From assembly GCF_006345805.1 (NCBI RefSeq), contig NC_043023.1, positions 13,888,001 to 13,952,000 of the forward strand: 64,000 nucleotides of DNA, written 5' to 3'. The notes beneath the pieces were generated by a model. That model searched no databases, was not told where the DNA came from, and saw only the letters and a list, made by a program, of their open reading frames with translations. The position numbers and the translations under genes are program-made. Positions 46,421 through 59,965 of the stretch are shown one piece after another; position 1 is the first letter of the stretch; each line of letters starts with the position of its first letter. This stretch comes from Octopus sinensis (lineage: Eukaryota).

Positions 46421-48015
46421 CTACACATCTGTGTGTTTGTGTGTATATATCTACACATTTGTGTATGTGTGTTTGTGAACAGGTGTGTGTTTGTCTGTGT
46501 ATATCTACGCATGTTCATGTGTTTGCAAACAGGTGTGTAATTGTGTGTGTATATCTTTTATCTTTCACATGTTTCAGTCATTAGACTCTGGCCATGCTGG
46601 GGCACCACCGTGAAGAAGTCTTGGTCTTTTTATCTAAGTCCGTTACTTCTTTAACCACTCTGTTATGTCAAAGCGCAAAGTTACAGAGATGTAAACAAAC
46701 CAACACTGGTCCTCGAGTCATAGTGGGGGACAGACACAGCCACAAAGACTCACGCATACACATGATGGGCTTCTTTTAGTTTCCGTCTACCAAATCCACT
46801 CACAAGGCTTTGGTCGGCCCGGGGCTATAGTAGAAAACACTTGCCCAAGGTGCCACGCAGTGGGACTGAACCCGGAACCATGTGGTTGGTAAGCAAGCTA
46901 CTTACCACACAGCCACTCCTGCATGTATATCTACACGTTTGTGTGTATATATTTCTTAGCATGTGCGCATACTTACACATTTATTCTTTTTATTCTCTTA
47001 CATGTTTCAGTCATTTGACTGTGGCCATGCTGGAGCACCGCCTTTTAGTCGAGCAAATTGACCCCAGGACTTATTTCTTTGTAAGCCTAGTACATATTCT
47101 ATCGGTCGCTTTTGCCTAACTGCTAAGTTACTGGGGACGTAAACAAACCAGCATCGGTGCTTTTCCATGGCACCCATACAGGTACTTCAATGTGTCACTG
47201 GTTTACTTCACCGGAAGGATCGATCTGAACATGTCTGCTGCAGAGTACGGGTCTTCTTGGAGATGGCAAGGCGCCAAGACATCTCATTGTCATCTTGCTT
47301 GAAAGCGTCTGTGTGTGCGTGTATATATATATATCATCATCATCATCATCGTTTAGCGTCCGCTTTCCATGCTAGCATGGGTTTTATATATATATATATA
47401 TATATATATAGGACTGACCACTAAAAGTGGACGGTCAACATGCTAGATATAGATGTCAAAATCGCTATTTTTCACGAAGAATGTGTTCTCAAATTTTTAA
47501 TTTTGTATGTAAAAATATTTTAACCTTCGGATTTTTTTTTAATATGCTAGGCCACTGGTTTTAATTGATAAATATCAATTTCTACCCTTATTCAATTTTA
47601 TATATATATATATATAAGGAGTGGCTGTGTGGTAAGTAGCTTGCTAACCAACCACATGGTTGCGGATTCAGTCTCACTGCGTGGCATCTTGGGCAAGTGT
47701 CTTCTGCTATAGCCCCGAGCCGACCAATGCCTTGCGAGTGGATTTGGTAGATGGAAACTGAAAGAAGCCTGTCGTATATATGTATATATATATGTGTGTG
47801 TTTGTCCCCCTAGCATTGCTTGACAACCAATGCTGGTGTGTTTACGTCCCCGTCACGTAGCAGTTTGGCAAAAAAGACCGATAGAATAAGTACTGGGCTT
47901 ACAAAGAATAAGTCCTGGGGTCGATTTTATCGACTAAAGGCGGTGCTCCAGCATGGCCGCAGTCAAATGACTGAAACAAGTAAAAGAGTAAAAAGGGTAA
48001 ATATATATATATATA

Positions 48016-48208
48016 CTGTTGTGTCTGGAGAGAGTCATTCTATTTTAGTGCCTTATTATTTAACACACTCACCGGTAAAATTTCTATTTATTTCTTATTT
48101 TTTAATTTTATTATATATAAATAAAATAAGAAATAAGTGGAAATTTTACCGGTGAGTGTGTTAAATAATAAGGCACTAAAATAGAATGACCCTCCCCAGA
48201 CACAACAG
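48016..48208. mobile_element. ~190-bp fold-back MITE
   Basis: ctgttgtgtctgg...gtcattctattttagtgccttattatttaacacactcaccggtaaaattt pairs almost perfectly with its mirror, which ends ...ccagacacaacag. Confidence 0.8.
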
Positions 48209-49845
48209 AATATGCTTCAACACACAAACTCATATAAAGAATCTTGCAAACCAAATCCAAAAACCAAATATATATATATATATATACACACACATTTGTA
48301 TATATGTGTATTTGGGTATAGGTACATCTTTGTGAGTGTATGTGTGCGTGTGACTGCGATAGTGTATACCTATGTGTATACGTATTTAGGAACAGGGGAG
48401 TATGTGAGTGTATGTATGTGCGCTTGTGAATAAGTGCGTATTTCTGTGTGTGTGCGCTTGTGAATATGTGTGTATTTCTGTGCGTGTGTGTGTGTGCCTC
48501 TGCTAGTGTGTATTTGTGAACAGGTGTGTGTGTGTGTATGTGCACTTGTGAATATGTGCGTATGTCTGTGTGTGTTTGTCTCTTAGTGTGTATGTATTTA
48601 GGAACAGGTGTGTGTATGTGTGCATGTGAATATGTGCGTATGTCTGTGTGTGTTTGTCTCTTAGTGTGTATGTATTTGTCAACAGGTATGTGTGTGTGCT
48701 TATGAATATGTGTGTATTTCTGTGTATCTGCTGGTGTGTATATACGTGAATGTGTGTGTGCATGTGAATATGTGTGTATTTCTGTGTGCGTATGTGTGTG
48801 TATCTATTTGGGAACAGATGTGTGTGTGCGTATGTGAATATGTGCATATATTTGTGCGTACGTGTGTGCCTCTGCTAGTGTGTATCTAAGTGTGTATATC
48901 TATTTGTAAACAAATGTCTTTGCGTGTGTATATCTATGCATGTTTGTGTGTGTGTTTGGGTGTAAACGGATGTGTGTCTGTCTACCTGTGTCTATTACAG
49001 TGTACCTACCAGTGTACATGTATGTGTCTGTGTTCACTGGTGCGTAACTGCAAGCATGTGTCTTTGGTAAAAGTCCCAAATGGCAATGATATTGATGATC
49101 ATAATAAATGTATTGATTTTTCTATCCCACCATTATTGACTTCCACTGTACGTTGGTGGTGGTGGGGAGGGGCGGTGGCAGCGATGATGATGGTGGGGGG
49201 CAGTTGTAGTAGTAGTAATAGTAGAGGTAATTGTAGTTGTGTAGGTGGTGATGGTAGTAGCAATGTAATAGGAGGTGGTGGCGGTGGTGGTTCACTCTGT
49301 TTTTTTTTGGCTGTCCCATAATAATTTTGAATATAATAATATGTTCTCTCTCTCTCTCTCTACAAGATCTGTGTTGTACCTGGTGTTATTATCTGTATGT
49401 ACATGCAATTTTTTTCTCTCCTTGTTTCTCTCCTTACTCTTTACTCTCTTTTACTCTTTTACTTGTTTCAGTCATTTGACTGTGGCCATGCTGGAGCACC
49501 GCCTTTAGTCGAGCAACTCGACCCCCGGGACTTATTCTTTGTAAACCCAGTACTTATTCTAACGGTCTCTTTTGCCAAACCGCTAAGTAACGGGGACATA
49601 AACACTCCAGCATCGGTTGTCAAGCAATGCTAGGGGGACAATCACAGACACACAAGCACACACATATATACATATATATATATATGACAGGCTTCTTTCA
49701 GTTTCCGTCTACCAAATCCACTCACAAGGCATTGGTCGGCCCGGGGCTATAGCAGAAGACACTTGCCCAAGATGCCACGCAGTGGGACTGAACCCGGAAC
49801 CATGTGGCTGGTAAGCAAGCTACTTACCACACAGCCACTCCTGCG

Positions 49846-49887
<42 letters not shown>

Positions 49888-51277
49888 GGGAGAGTTTACA
49901 AAAAAAAACAAAAGACAAAGACAGGTGGTGTACAAAACAAACAAATGTATTAGTATAACACTCAGGAATAGAAAAAGTCTTTTACGTTTCGAGCCTACGC
50001 TCCTCTACAGAAAGGGACACAGAAAAAAACAAGGAGAGAAAAAAAGGATATATATATGTATGTATGTATATAATTTAGAGAAAAACCTCTATTAAGCAAT
50101 TCAATAGTGAAAGCTGTTATTCACACCATATAGGAAAAAATTAAATATAATATAAAAAACATTATTCTAAAAATCAAAAAAAGTACACAAACAATCAATA
50201 GTAAATTGACTATGCATCTCATAAGTCAACACTTGACAGTATAGTGTTGGTGAAGAGAAGCAAGAATTTGCTGCTGTGTTCAGAAATGGTGACTAAGATT
50301 TAAAAGATGAAGCTGGCAAACATAAGTAGACCATGATTCATAATTAAAAATTCGTCTGTGAGACAGATGCTTGCACTGAACTTTCATTAAGGAATGCAAG
50401 GAAGTTAAAGAAAACATCCTGAAAGCAGCATCCTTAATGCACATCAGTGTTTCTGGTGTCAATCAGTTCTTTCGATAGGCACAATGACATTGCTATTCCT
50501 GGGGCCAATTTTGACCCCATTGCTGACTCCTGTCTGAAGCGAAACTAATGAATGGCACCTGTGCTGGTAGCTTGCAAAAAGCACCATTTGAGCGTTTGGC
50601 CTCATGGAGGCTGTGACAGGTGACCAAGACCCTTGGCAATATACTGTGTGTGTGTTGACCTGTTAAGTGAAACTGGTCATGGCCAATGCTGATGTCAGGT
50701 CAGTGGTATGTAAAAAGCGACTTGCCCCATCCCCCCAAATTCCAGATCTTGTGCCTAGAGTAGAAAGGATTATTATTATTATTATTGAGTGAGAGAGCAG
50801 TGCATGCCATCAAAGTGACACTGTGGTACAAATACACGAAGTCCAGTATACCCATCATGACTACCCGTCTGATAAGGGTACACCAAGCACATGCACCACA
50901 AACATGTGCGTGACATGGTGACCTCGTATCAAGGTAAACAACGCATGACCTTGCAGGTGGGTCCCAGTTAGAATGTTCTTCTGGTTGAGTAACCCATCCT
51001 GCTCAAAAGGTCCCTGAATAAGGGTTGTTTCAGGATGTTGAACAACACACCCATGTTTCCAAAAGTGAATTATCCAAACCCCAAAGAATCCATCTCAACA
51101 CACAGCTACAATGCTCCCCCACTACTTCTGCTCATGATCAGAGATGCACATATCGTCAGCCACTAAGGGACATGGTCAACTTTTTATGGTCAAACAATTG
51201 ACAAGCAAATCTGTGGTATTGAGCAGAATATTTGCTGCAGCCCATCTTTTATACTAAGACATAACAATGTACATGGA

Positions 51278-51585
51278 GGCGCAATAGCCCAGTGGTTAGG
51301 GCAGTGGACTCGCGGTCAGAGGATCGCGGTTTCGATTCCCACACCGGGCGTTGTGTGTGTTTATTGAGCAAAAACACCTAAAAGCTCCGCGAGGCTCCGG
51401 CAGGGAGTGGTGGCGACCCCTGTTGTACTCTTTCACCCCAACTTTCTCTCACTCTTTCTTCCTGTTTCTTGAGTAACGCTGTGATGGACTGGCATCCTGT
51501 CCAGCTGGGGGGAACACATACGCTATAGAATCCAGGAAACCGGGCTCATGGGCCTGGCTAGGCTTGAAAAAGGGCGCATAAAAAA
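51278..51585 (+). mobile_element. Full-length tRNA-headed SINE
   Basis: The head ggcgcaatagcccagtggttagggcag...ggtttcgattccc; a central gtgatggactggcatcctgtccag block resembling the V-domain of V-SINEs; an A-rich end. Confidence 0.7.
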
Positions 51586-51937
51586 TAATAACAATGTACA
51601 TGATAACACTTTCAATCAGTTAAGATCAGAAGCCACGAGAGCCACTGTCTGGTACTTCATCAGGGCATTTATTATTATCATCATCTTCATTATCATCATC
51701 ATCATTATCATCATAATACAAGGCAGCAAGCTGGCAGAATTGTTAGCACACTGGACGAAGTACTTAGCAGTATTTTGCCTATTGCTACGTTCTGAGTTCA
51801 AATTCCACCAAGGTCAACTTTTCGTTTTCATCCTCTCGGGGTCGATAAATTAAGTACCAGTGAAACACTGGGGGGGGGGCGATGTAATCGACTAGTCCCC
51901 TCTCCCACAAAATTTCAGGCCTTGTGCCTTTACTAGA

Positions 51938-51975
<38 letters not shown>

Positions 51976-51994
51976 ATTTTTATCCTCTTTTCAG

Positions 51995-52224
51995 GAAGTA
52001 GATGACAACGAATACGGCAATTCGGTTGCGAAAAACAGTGGCTGTTCTCAACAGAACCAAGCTGAAGACTATAGTAATTATGACATTGTGCGGGCGACCC
52101 AGTACGGCGCTTATAAACGGTGCCACGAGCTGATTGAGGGTGGCTATGATGTCAACACTTTGGACAAGGAAAACGTCAGCCTTTTACATTGGGCGGCGAT
52201 TAACAATCGGGCTGAGATTGTCAA
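51995..52224 (+). CDS. ZDHHC17: ZDHHC17 exon (N-terminus and ankyrin repeat 1)
   Basis: Acceptor cctcttttcAG; EVDDNEYG...[53 protein letters not shown]; donor GTAAGG at 52225. Confidence 0.95.
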
Positions 52225-53041
52225 GTAAGGGTTTCAATTCTTCGTCTGTGTCGGTCCGTCATTGCTGTTATTGCTGTTGTCATCATTATCGTTGCTGTCA
52301 TCGCTATTTGTTGTTGTTATTGCTGTCATTGTTATCGCTCTCATCATTCTGTCATCATCATCATTCTGTCATCATTGACATCATCATTGGTGTCATTATT
52401 GAAAGTCATCATCGAAATTTTTGCTGTCATCATCATCATCATCATTTTGTCATCATCTTCGTCATCGGTGTCATTATTGTAAGTCATCATCGAAATTTTT
52501 GCTGTCATCATCATCATCATCATTGGTGTCATCATCATCATCATTTTGTCATCATCCTCATCATCGGTGTCATTATTGAAAGTCATCATCATAATTTTTG
52601 CTGTCATCATCATCATCATCATCATCATCATTTTGTCATCATCCTCATCATCGGTGTCATTATTGTAAGTCATCATCGAAATTTTTACTGTCATCATCAT
52701 CATCATCATCATCATCATTTTGTCATCATCCTCATCATCGGTGTCATTATTGAAAGTCATCATCGAAATTTTTACTGTCATCATCATCATCATCATCATC
52801 ATCATTTTGTCATCATCCTCATCATCGGTGTCATTATTGAAAGTCATCATCGAAATTTTTACTGTCATCATCATCATCATCATCATCATCATTTTGTCAT
52901 CATCCTCATCATCGGTGTCATTATTGTAAGTCATCATCATAATTTTTGCTGTCATCATCATCATCATTATTACTGTCATCGTTGTGGGCATGCTATATTC
53001 TATGATCCAGCATAGTTTGCTTTCTTTCTTAATTAAGACTA

Positions 53042-53074
<33 letters not shown>

Positions 53075-53190
53075 TTCTCTGTTTCTGTTCCTCATTCACA
53101 GATATTACCTAGAGAAAGGGGCCATTGTGGATAGATTTGGTGGTGATTTAAATTCTACACCCTTGCATTGGGCTACAAGGTATGTATATT

Positions 53191-53228
<38 letters not shown>

Positions 53229-56200
53229 CAATACTAAAAGGGTAAAATTAATTAATTATTAATTAATTTTACCAAGTAGTGTTCAGTATGTAAAAAGACC
53301 ATTTACGGTATATTTTTGAGTATATGTCTGGGAGACTCTTCTTATACTAGAAGAAATAGATTTTTTGGCTGCTATTTCTAAAAGTTCAGTGTGTGGTAAA
53401 GTAAATTATTTTACTGAACCCTAATTATATAACATAATGTTTATATATATATATTTGTGTGTGCGTGTATAAATAATGTTACAGGTGCTCTGATATGATT
53501 TTATAGTTTCTAGGGGGTATATAATTAGGAGACTTATGTAAAAGCCATTACAAATTTACATAATATGATCAGTAGGGTGGAACATCATAGAAAGGAAATA
53601 TTAGCTTAATCACCAAAGTATGATGACTGACTGACTGCGTTCACCCGGGGTGGGTTGAGCTGGCTTCATTCATCCTCAATGCTGCATCTCTCACAAACGC
53701 TGACCAGACCTGGCGATTTGAGGCTAATGACCGCATGATCTCCAACCACTCCTTATTCCAGCGGCGAACGTTGTAGATATGGGGGCCTAGGTTGGGTTCC
53801 AGATCAGCCTTGACTGTCATCAGCCAGGTTTTTCGTTGTCCACCACATTGCTTTCGCCAACCCTGAAAGGGAGCTGGGGCAATTGCTTCGTAGGTTGGGT
53901 TCCAGATCAGCCTTGACTGTCATCAGCCAGGTTTTTCGTTGTCCACCACATCGCTTTCGCCAACCCTGAAGGGGAGCTGGGGCAATTGCTTCGTAGGTTG
54001 GGTTCCAGATCAGCCTTGACTGTCATCAGCCAGGTTTTTCGTTGTCCCCCACATCACTTTCGCCAACCCTGAAGGGGAGCTGGGGCAATTGCTTCGTAGG
54101 TTGGGTTCCAGATCAGCCTTGACTGTCATCAGCCAGGTTTTTCATTGTCCACCACATCGCTTTCGCCAACCCTGAAGGGGAGCTGGGGCAATTGCTTCGT
54201 AGGTTGGGTTCCAGATCAGCCTTGACTGTCATCAGCCAGGTTTTTCATTGTCCACCACATCGCTTTCGCCAACCCTGAAGGGGAGCTGGGGCAATTGCTT
54301 CGTAGGTTGGGTTCCAGATCAGCCTTTACTGTCATCAGCCAGGTTTTTCATTGTCCACCACATCGCTTTCGCCAACCCTGAAGGGGGGCTGGGGCAATTG
54401 CTTCGTAGGTTGGGTTCCAGATCAGCCTTGACTGTCATCAGCCAGGTTTTTCGTTGTCCACCACATCGCTTTCGCCAACCCTGAAGGGGAGCTGGGGCAA
54501 TTGCTTCGTAGGTTGGGTTCCAGATCAGCCTTGACTGTCACATCAGCCAGGTTTTTCGTTGTCCACCACATCGCTTTCGCCAACCTGAAGGGGAGCTGGG
54601 GCAATTGCTTCGTAGGTTGGGTTCAGATCAGCCTTGACTGTCATCAGCCAGGTTTTTCGTTGTCCACCACATCGCTTTCGCCAACCCTGAAGGGGAGCTG
54701 GGGCAATTGCTTCGTAGGTTGGGTTCCAGATCAGCCTTGACTGTCATCAGCCAGGTTTTTCATTGTCCACCACATCGCTTTCGCCAACCCTGAAGGGGGG
54801 CTGGGGCAATTGCTTCGTAGTTGGGTTCCAGATCAGCCTTGAAGTCATCAGCCAGGTTTTTCATGTCCACCACACATCGCTTTCGCCAACCCTGAAGGGG
54901 GGTGGGGGCAATTGCTTCGTAGGTTGGGTTCCAGATCAGCCTTGACTGTCATCAGCCAGGTTTTTCGTTGTCCCCCACATCGCTTTCGCAACCCTGAAGG
55001 GGAGCTGGGGCAATTGCTTCGTAGGTTGGGTTCCAGATCAGCCTTGACTGTCATCAGCCAGGTTTTTCGTGTCCCCCACATCGCTTTCGCCAACCCTGAT
55101 GGGGAGCTGGGGCAATTGCTTCGTAGGTTGGGTTCCAGATCAGCCTGACTGTCATCAGCCAGGTTTTTCGTTGTCCACCACATCGCTTTCGCAACCCTGA
55201 AGGGGAGCTGGGGGGAGCTGGGGCATATGCTTCGTAGGTGGGGTTCCAGATCAGCCTTGACTGTCATCAGCAGGTTTTTCATTGTCCACAACATCGCTTC
55301 GCCAACCCTGAAGGGGAGCTGGGGCAATTGCTTCGTAGGTGGGGTCCAGATCAGCTTGGATGTCATCACCAGGTTTTTCATTGTCCACCACATCGCTTTC
55401 GCCAACCCTGAAGGGGAGCTGGGGCAATTGCTTCGTAGGTTGGGTTCCAGATCAGCCTTGAACGTCATCAGCCAGGTTTTCGTTGTCCACCACATCGCTT
55501 TCGCCAACCCTGAAGGGGAGCTGGGGCAATTGCTTCGTAGGTTGGGTTCCAGATCAGCCTTGACCGTCATCAGCCAGGTTTTTCGTTGTCCACACATCGC
55601 TTTCGCCAACCTGAAGGGGAGCTGGGGCAATTGCTTCGTAGCGTGGTTGGGTTCCAGATCGCCTTGACTGTCATCAGCCAGGTTTTTCGTTGTCCACCAC
55701 ATCGCTTTCGCCAACCCTGAAGGGGAGTGGGGCAATTGCTCGTAGGTTGGGTTCCAGATCAGCCTTGACTGTCATCAGCCAGGTTTTTCGTTGTCCCAAC
55801 ACATCGCTTTCGCCAACCCTGAAGGGGAGCTGGGGCAATTGCTTGTAGGTTGGGTTCCAGATCAGCCTTGACTGTCATCAGCAGGTTTTTCATTGTCCCC
55901 CATCGCTTTCGCCAACCCTGAAGGGGGGGCTGGGGCAATTGCTTCGTAGGTTGGGTTCCAGATCAGCCTTGACTGTCATCAGCCAGGTTTTTTCGTTGTC
56001 CACCACATCGCTTTCGCCAACCCTGAAGGGGAGCTGGGGCAATTGCTTCGTAGGTTGGGTTCAGATCAGCCTTGACTGTCATCAGCCAGGTTTTTCATTG
56101 TCCACCACATCGCTTTCGCCAACCTGAAGGGGAGCTGGGGCAATTGCTTCGTAGGTTGGGTTCCAGATCAGCCTTGACTGTCATCAGCCAGGTTTTTCAT

Positions 56201-59200
56201 TGTCCACCACATCGCTTTCGCCAACCCTGAAGGGGGGCTGGGGCAATGCTTCGTAGGTTGGGTTCCAGATCAGCCTTGACTGTCATCAGCCAGGTTTTTC
56301 ATTGTCCACCACATCGCTTTCGCCAACCCTGAAGGGGGGCTGGGGCATTGCTTCGTAGGTTGGGTTCCAGATCAGCCTTGACTGTCATCAGCCAGGTTTT
56401 TCGTTGTCCCCCACATCGCTTTCGCCAACCCTGAAGGGGAGCTGGGGCAATTGTTCGTAGGTTGGGTTCCAGATCAGCCTTGACTGTCATCAGCCAGGTT
56501 TTTTCGTTGTCCCCCACATGCTTTCGCCAACCCTGATGGGGAGCTGGGGCAATTGCTTCGTAGGTTGGGTTCCAGATCAGCCTTGACTGTCATCAGCCAG
56601 GTTTTTCGTTGTCCACCACATCGCTTTTTCGCCAACCCTGAAGGGGAGCTGGGGCAATTGCTTCGTAGGTTGGGTTCCAGATCAGCCTTGACTGTCATCA
56701 GCCAGTTTTTCATTGTCCACCACATCGCTTTCGCCAACCCTGAAGGGGAGCTGGGGCAATTGCTTCGTAGGTTGGGTTCAGATCAGCCTTGACTGTCATC
56801 AGCCAGGTTTTTTGTTGTCCACACATCGATTCCACCACCAACCCTGAAGAGGAGCTGGGGCAATTGCTTCGTAGGTTGGTTCCAGATCAGCCTTGACTGT
56901 CATCAGCCAGTTTTTCATTGTCCACAACATCGTTTCGCCAACCCTGAAGGGGAGCTGGAGCAATTGCTTCGTAGTTGGGTTCCAGATCAGCCTTGACCGT
57001 CATCAGCCAGGTTTTTTCATTGTCCACCACATCGCTTTCGCCAACCCTGAAGGAGAGCTGGGGCAATTGCTTCATAGGTTGGGTTCCAGATTAGCCTTGA
57101 CCCGTCATCAGCCAGGTTTTTCGTTGTCCACCACATCGCTTTTGCCAACCCTGAAGGGGAGCTGGGGCAATTGCTTTGTAGATGAATTCTCCTGGTTGAC
57201 AACGGAGGGCATGACCCAGCCAACGCAGACGTCTCGTTAGGATGACTTGTCGGAGGGAGGTGATTCTGCACTGGTGTCACACCAAATTGTTGGAGACAAA
57301 GTGATGCCATCGGACACGAAGGATGTGGTGTAGACAGAGGTGATCGAAGGATTCTAGTCGCTTAATATCTTCCACCCTCATCGGCCATGACTTGCTGCCG
57401 TAAAGGAGAATCGTTTGCACTAGTGCTTGGTAGACCCGTACTTTGGTGGTGCGTCGGATCACAGATCTTGACCAGAGTTGTGCATTGAGTCACTTGAAGG
57501 CTTGGTGAGCGAGGTCGATTCGTGTTTTAATGTCAGCCTCACCTTGACCTGTAGCTGTAATGATGGCGCCAAGGTATTTGAAATTCTCAACCTTTTCAAG
57601 AATATCACCATTGAGGACAATGGGGGCTTTGTCTGGTGGGGTGAAGCCGGCTGTGAGGATTTTGGTCTTCGAGGCATTGACTTTCATACCAATCCGCAAT
57701 GCAACACGCTGGAGCTCATTGATAGCCAACTGGACGTCAGCAAATGTTTTGCCAAGATACTAGGCAGGAGTTATCATGGGATAGTAATTATGCAAATCAC
57801 ACTACAGAAACAATTGTTGCGATTTGTGAAATAAGTCTGTTCCTTCCATCTTGTTTTATTAATTATTAATTTTATATATAATATATAATTTTATATATAT
57901 AATATATAATTTTATATATATAAAATATAATTATTATATATAATAATATTTTATATATATAATATATAATATATAATTTTATATATATAATATATAATTA
58001 TTATATATAAAATATAATTATTATATATAATAATTTTATATATATAATTTTATATATATAATATATAATTTTATATATATAATTTTATATATATAATATA
58101 TAATTTTATATATATAATTATTATATATAATAATTTTATATATATAATTTATGATTATTATATATAATAATTTTATATATATAATATATAATTTTATATA
58201 TATATAATATATAATAATTTTATATATAATATATAATTATTATATATAATATATAATATATAATTTTATATATATAAAATATAATTATTATATATAATAA
58301 TTTTATATATATATAATATATGATATATAATTTTATATATATAATAATAATATATATAATAATAATTTTATATATATAATCCTTTACATATTTTCTGTTG
58401 CAGGCAAGGTCATTTATCAATGGTCGTCATATTGATGAATTATGGGGCCGATGCATCCCTCACGGATGGAGAAGGTCAGTTTCTTCAATCGAATGTTATA
58501 TATGTTTTCGGTGCAAATGGTTTTTTTTTATTACTCTGCCGTGATTTACAATCCTGGAAATATATAATTGTATTTTTCTATAAGCTTTAGTATTTAAACC
58601 GGCCATATCCGGCCAAAATAGCTAATCTGTTTTATGTTCAAACTGACCAGATCCAGGCTCTCACACCTACCCCACAATGTTATTCTACATTAAGTAATTG
58701 CACCATCAAGATCTTGAAGATATGAGATAATGCATGATTAATTCAAATCAATGGGAATCAATAGGCATTATGTTTGATAGAATAATCTGAACACTAAAGG
58801 GTTAAACTGGTACTTATTTTATCGACCCTGAAAGGATGAAAGGCAAAGTTGACCTCAGCGGAATTTGAACCCAGAACGTGTAGATGAGTGTTATTTCGCA
58901 GATATTTTGCCTGTCTTAATAATTCTGCCAGCTTGCCGCCTTATCCTGCTTTCATAATAATACTAATAGTACCATGTTGTTAAGTAGGGAATATTGTATG
59001 GGGGAGAGGGAGAGCAAGGGGGAGAGAGGGAGAGCAAGGGAATCAATAAGCATTATGTTTGATAGAATAATCTGAACCCTAAAGGGTTAAAGCTTTTGGT
59101 GATCACCGTGCAATGACTAAGGAAATTAGTTTAATAAAGGGTCATAGAAGCCCTTGACAGAAAAAAGAAGGCTTTCATATCAGCGTGGGAGGAAACACAA

Positions 59201-59931
59201 TATCCCACGTGGATAGGAAAGCCTTCTTTTTTCTGTCAAGGGCTTCTATGACCCTTTATTAGACTATTTTCCTTAGTCATTTTACGGTAATCGCCATAAG
59301 CTTTAAGCTTATATAATATATATCGTAATCATCGTCATCATCGTTTAACGTCCGTTCTCCATGCTAGCATGGGTTGGACGATTCGACCAGGGTCTGGAAA
59401 ACCAGGAGGTTGCACCAGGCACCAGTCTGATCTGGCAATGTTTCTACAGCTGGATGCCCTTCCTAATGCCAACCACTCCAAGAGTATAGTGGGTGCTTTT
59501 ATGTGCCGCCGGCACGAGGGCCAGTCAAGCGGTTCCCCCCACAGTTAGAGATAGGTACTTTTTTGCACAGCTGTCCTCGTCCATAAGTTAATATCATGTC
59601 ACTATATTTTTCACACTGAGAATTAAAGCTGACACGGTTGTGCAAGCATGTCTAGTGACAGTCTCAAAACAAGGCTCTCTGAATCTAATGTGTCAAGTGG
59701 TATAGTGAACAGAATTTATTTCTGTGTCGCTCTTGCAAATGGCACCTGTAGTGGTGGCACGTAAAAGCACCCATTACACTCTCGGAGGGGTTGGTGTTAG
59801 GAAGGGTATCCAGCCGTAGAAAACCAGACCAAATCAGGCTGGAGTCTGGTGCAGCCTTCCAGCTTACCATCCCTGGTCAAACCGTCCAATGATTAAATGA
59901 TGATGATGATGTATAGGTTGTTAGAAGTATT

Positions 59932-59965
<34 letters not shown>

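Noticed and set aside
50230-50520. Non-repetitive stretch with short ORFs; possible extra exon
   Set aside because: There are stops in all + frames, no clear acceptor/donor pair, and no recognisable domain.
52134-53099. 293-aa and 251-aa ORFs overlapping a ZDHHC17 exon and intron
   Set aside because: They are mostly translations of the (CAT)n minisatellite; the real coding frame is different and splices out at 52225.
54248-57240. ORFs of up to 295 aa in the 103-bp array
   Set aside because: They are frame-rotating translations of a LINE-derived unit whose length is not a multiple of 3.
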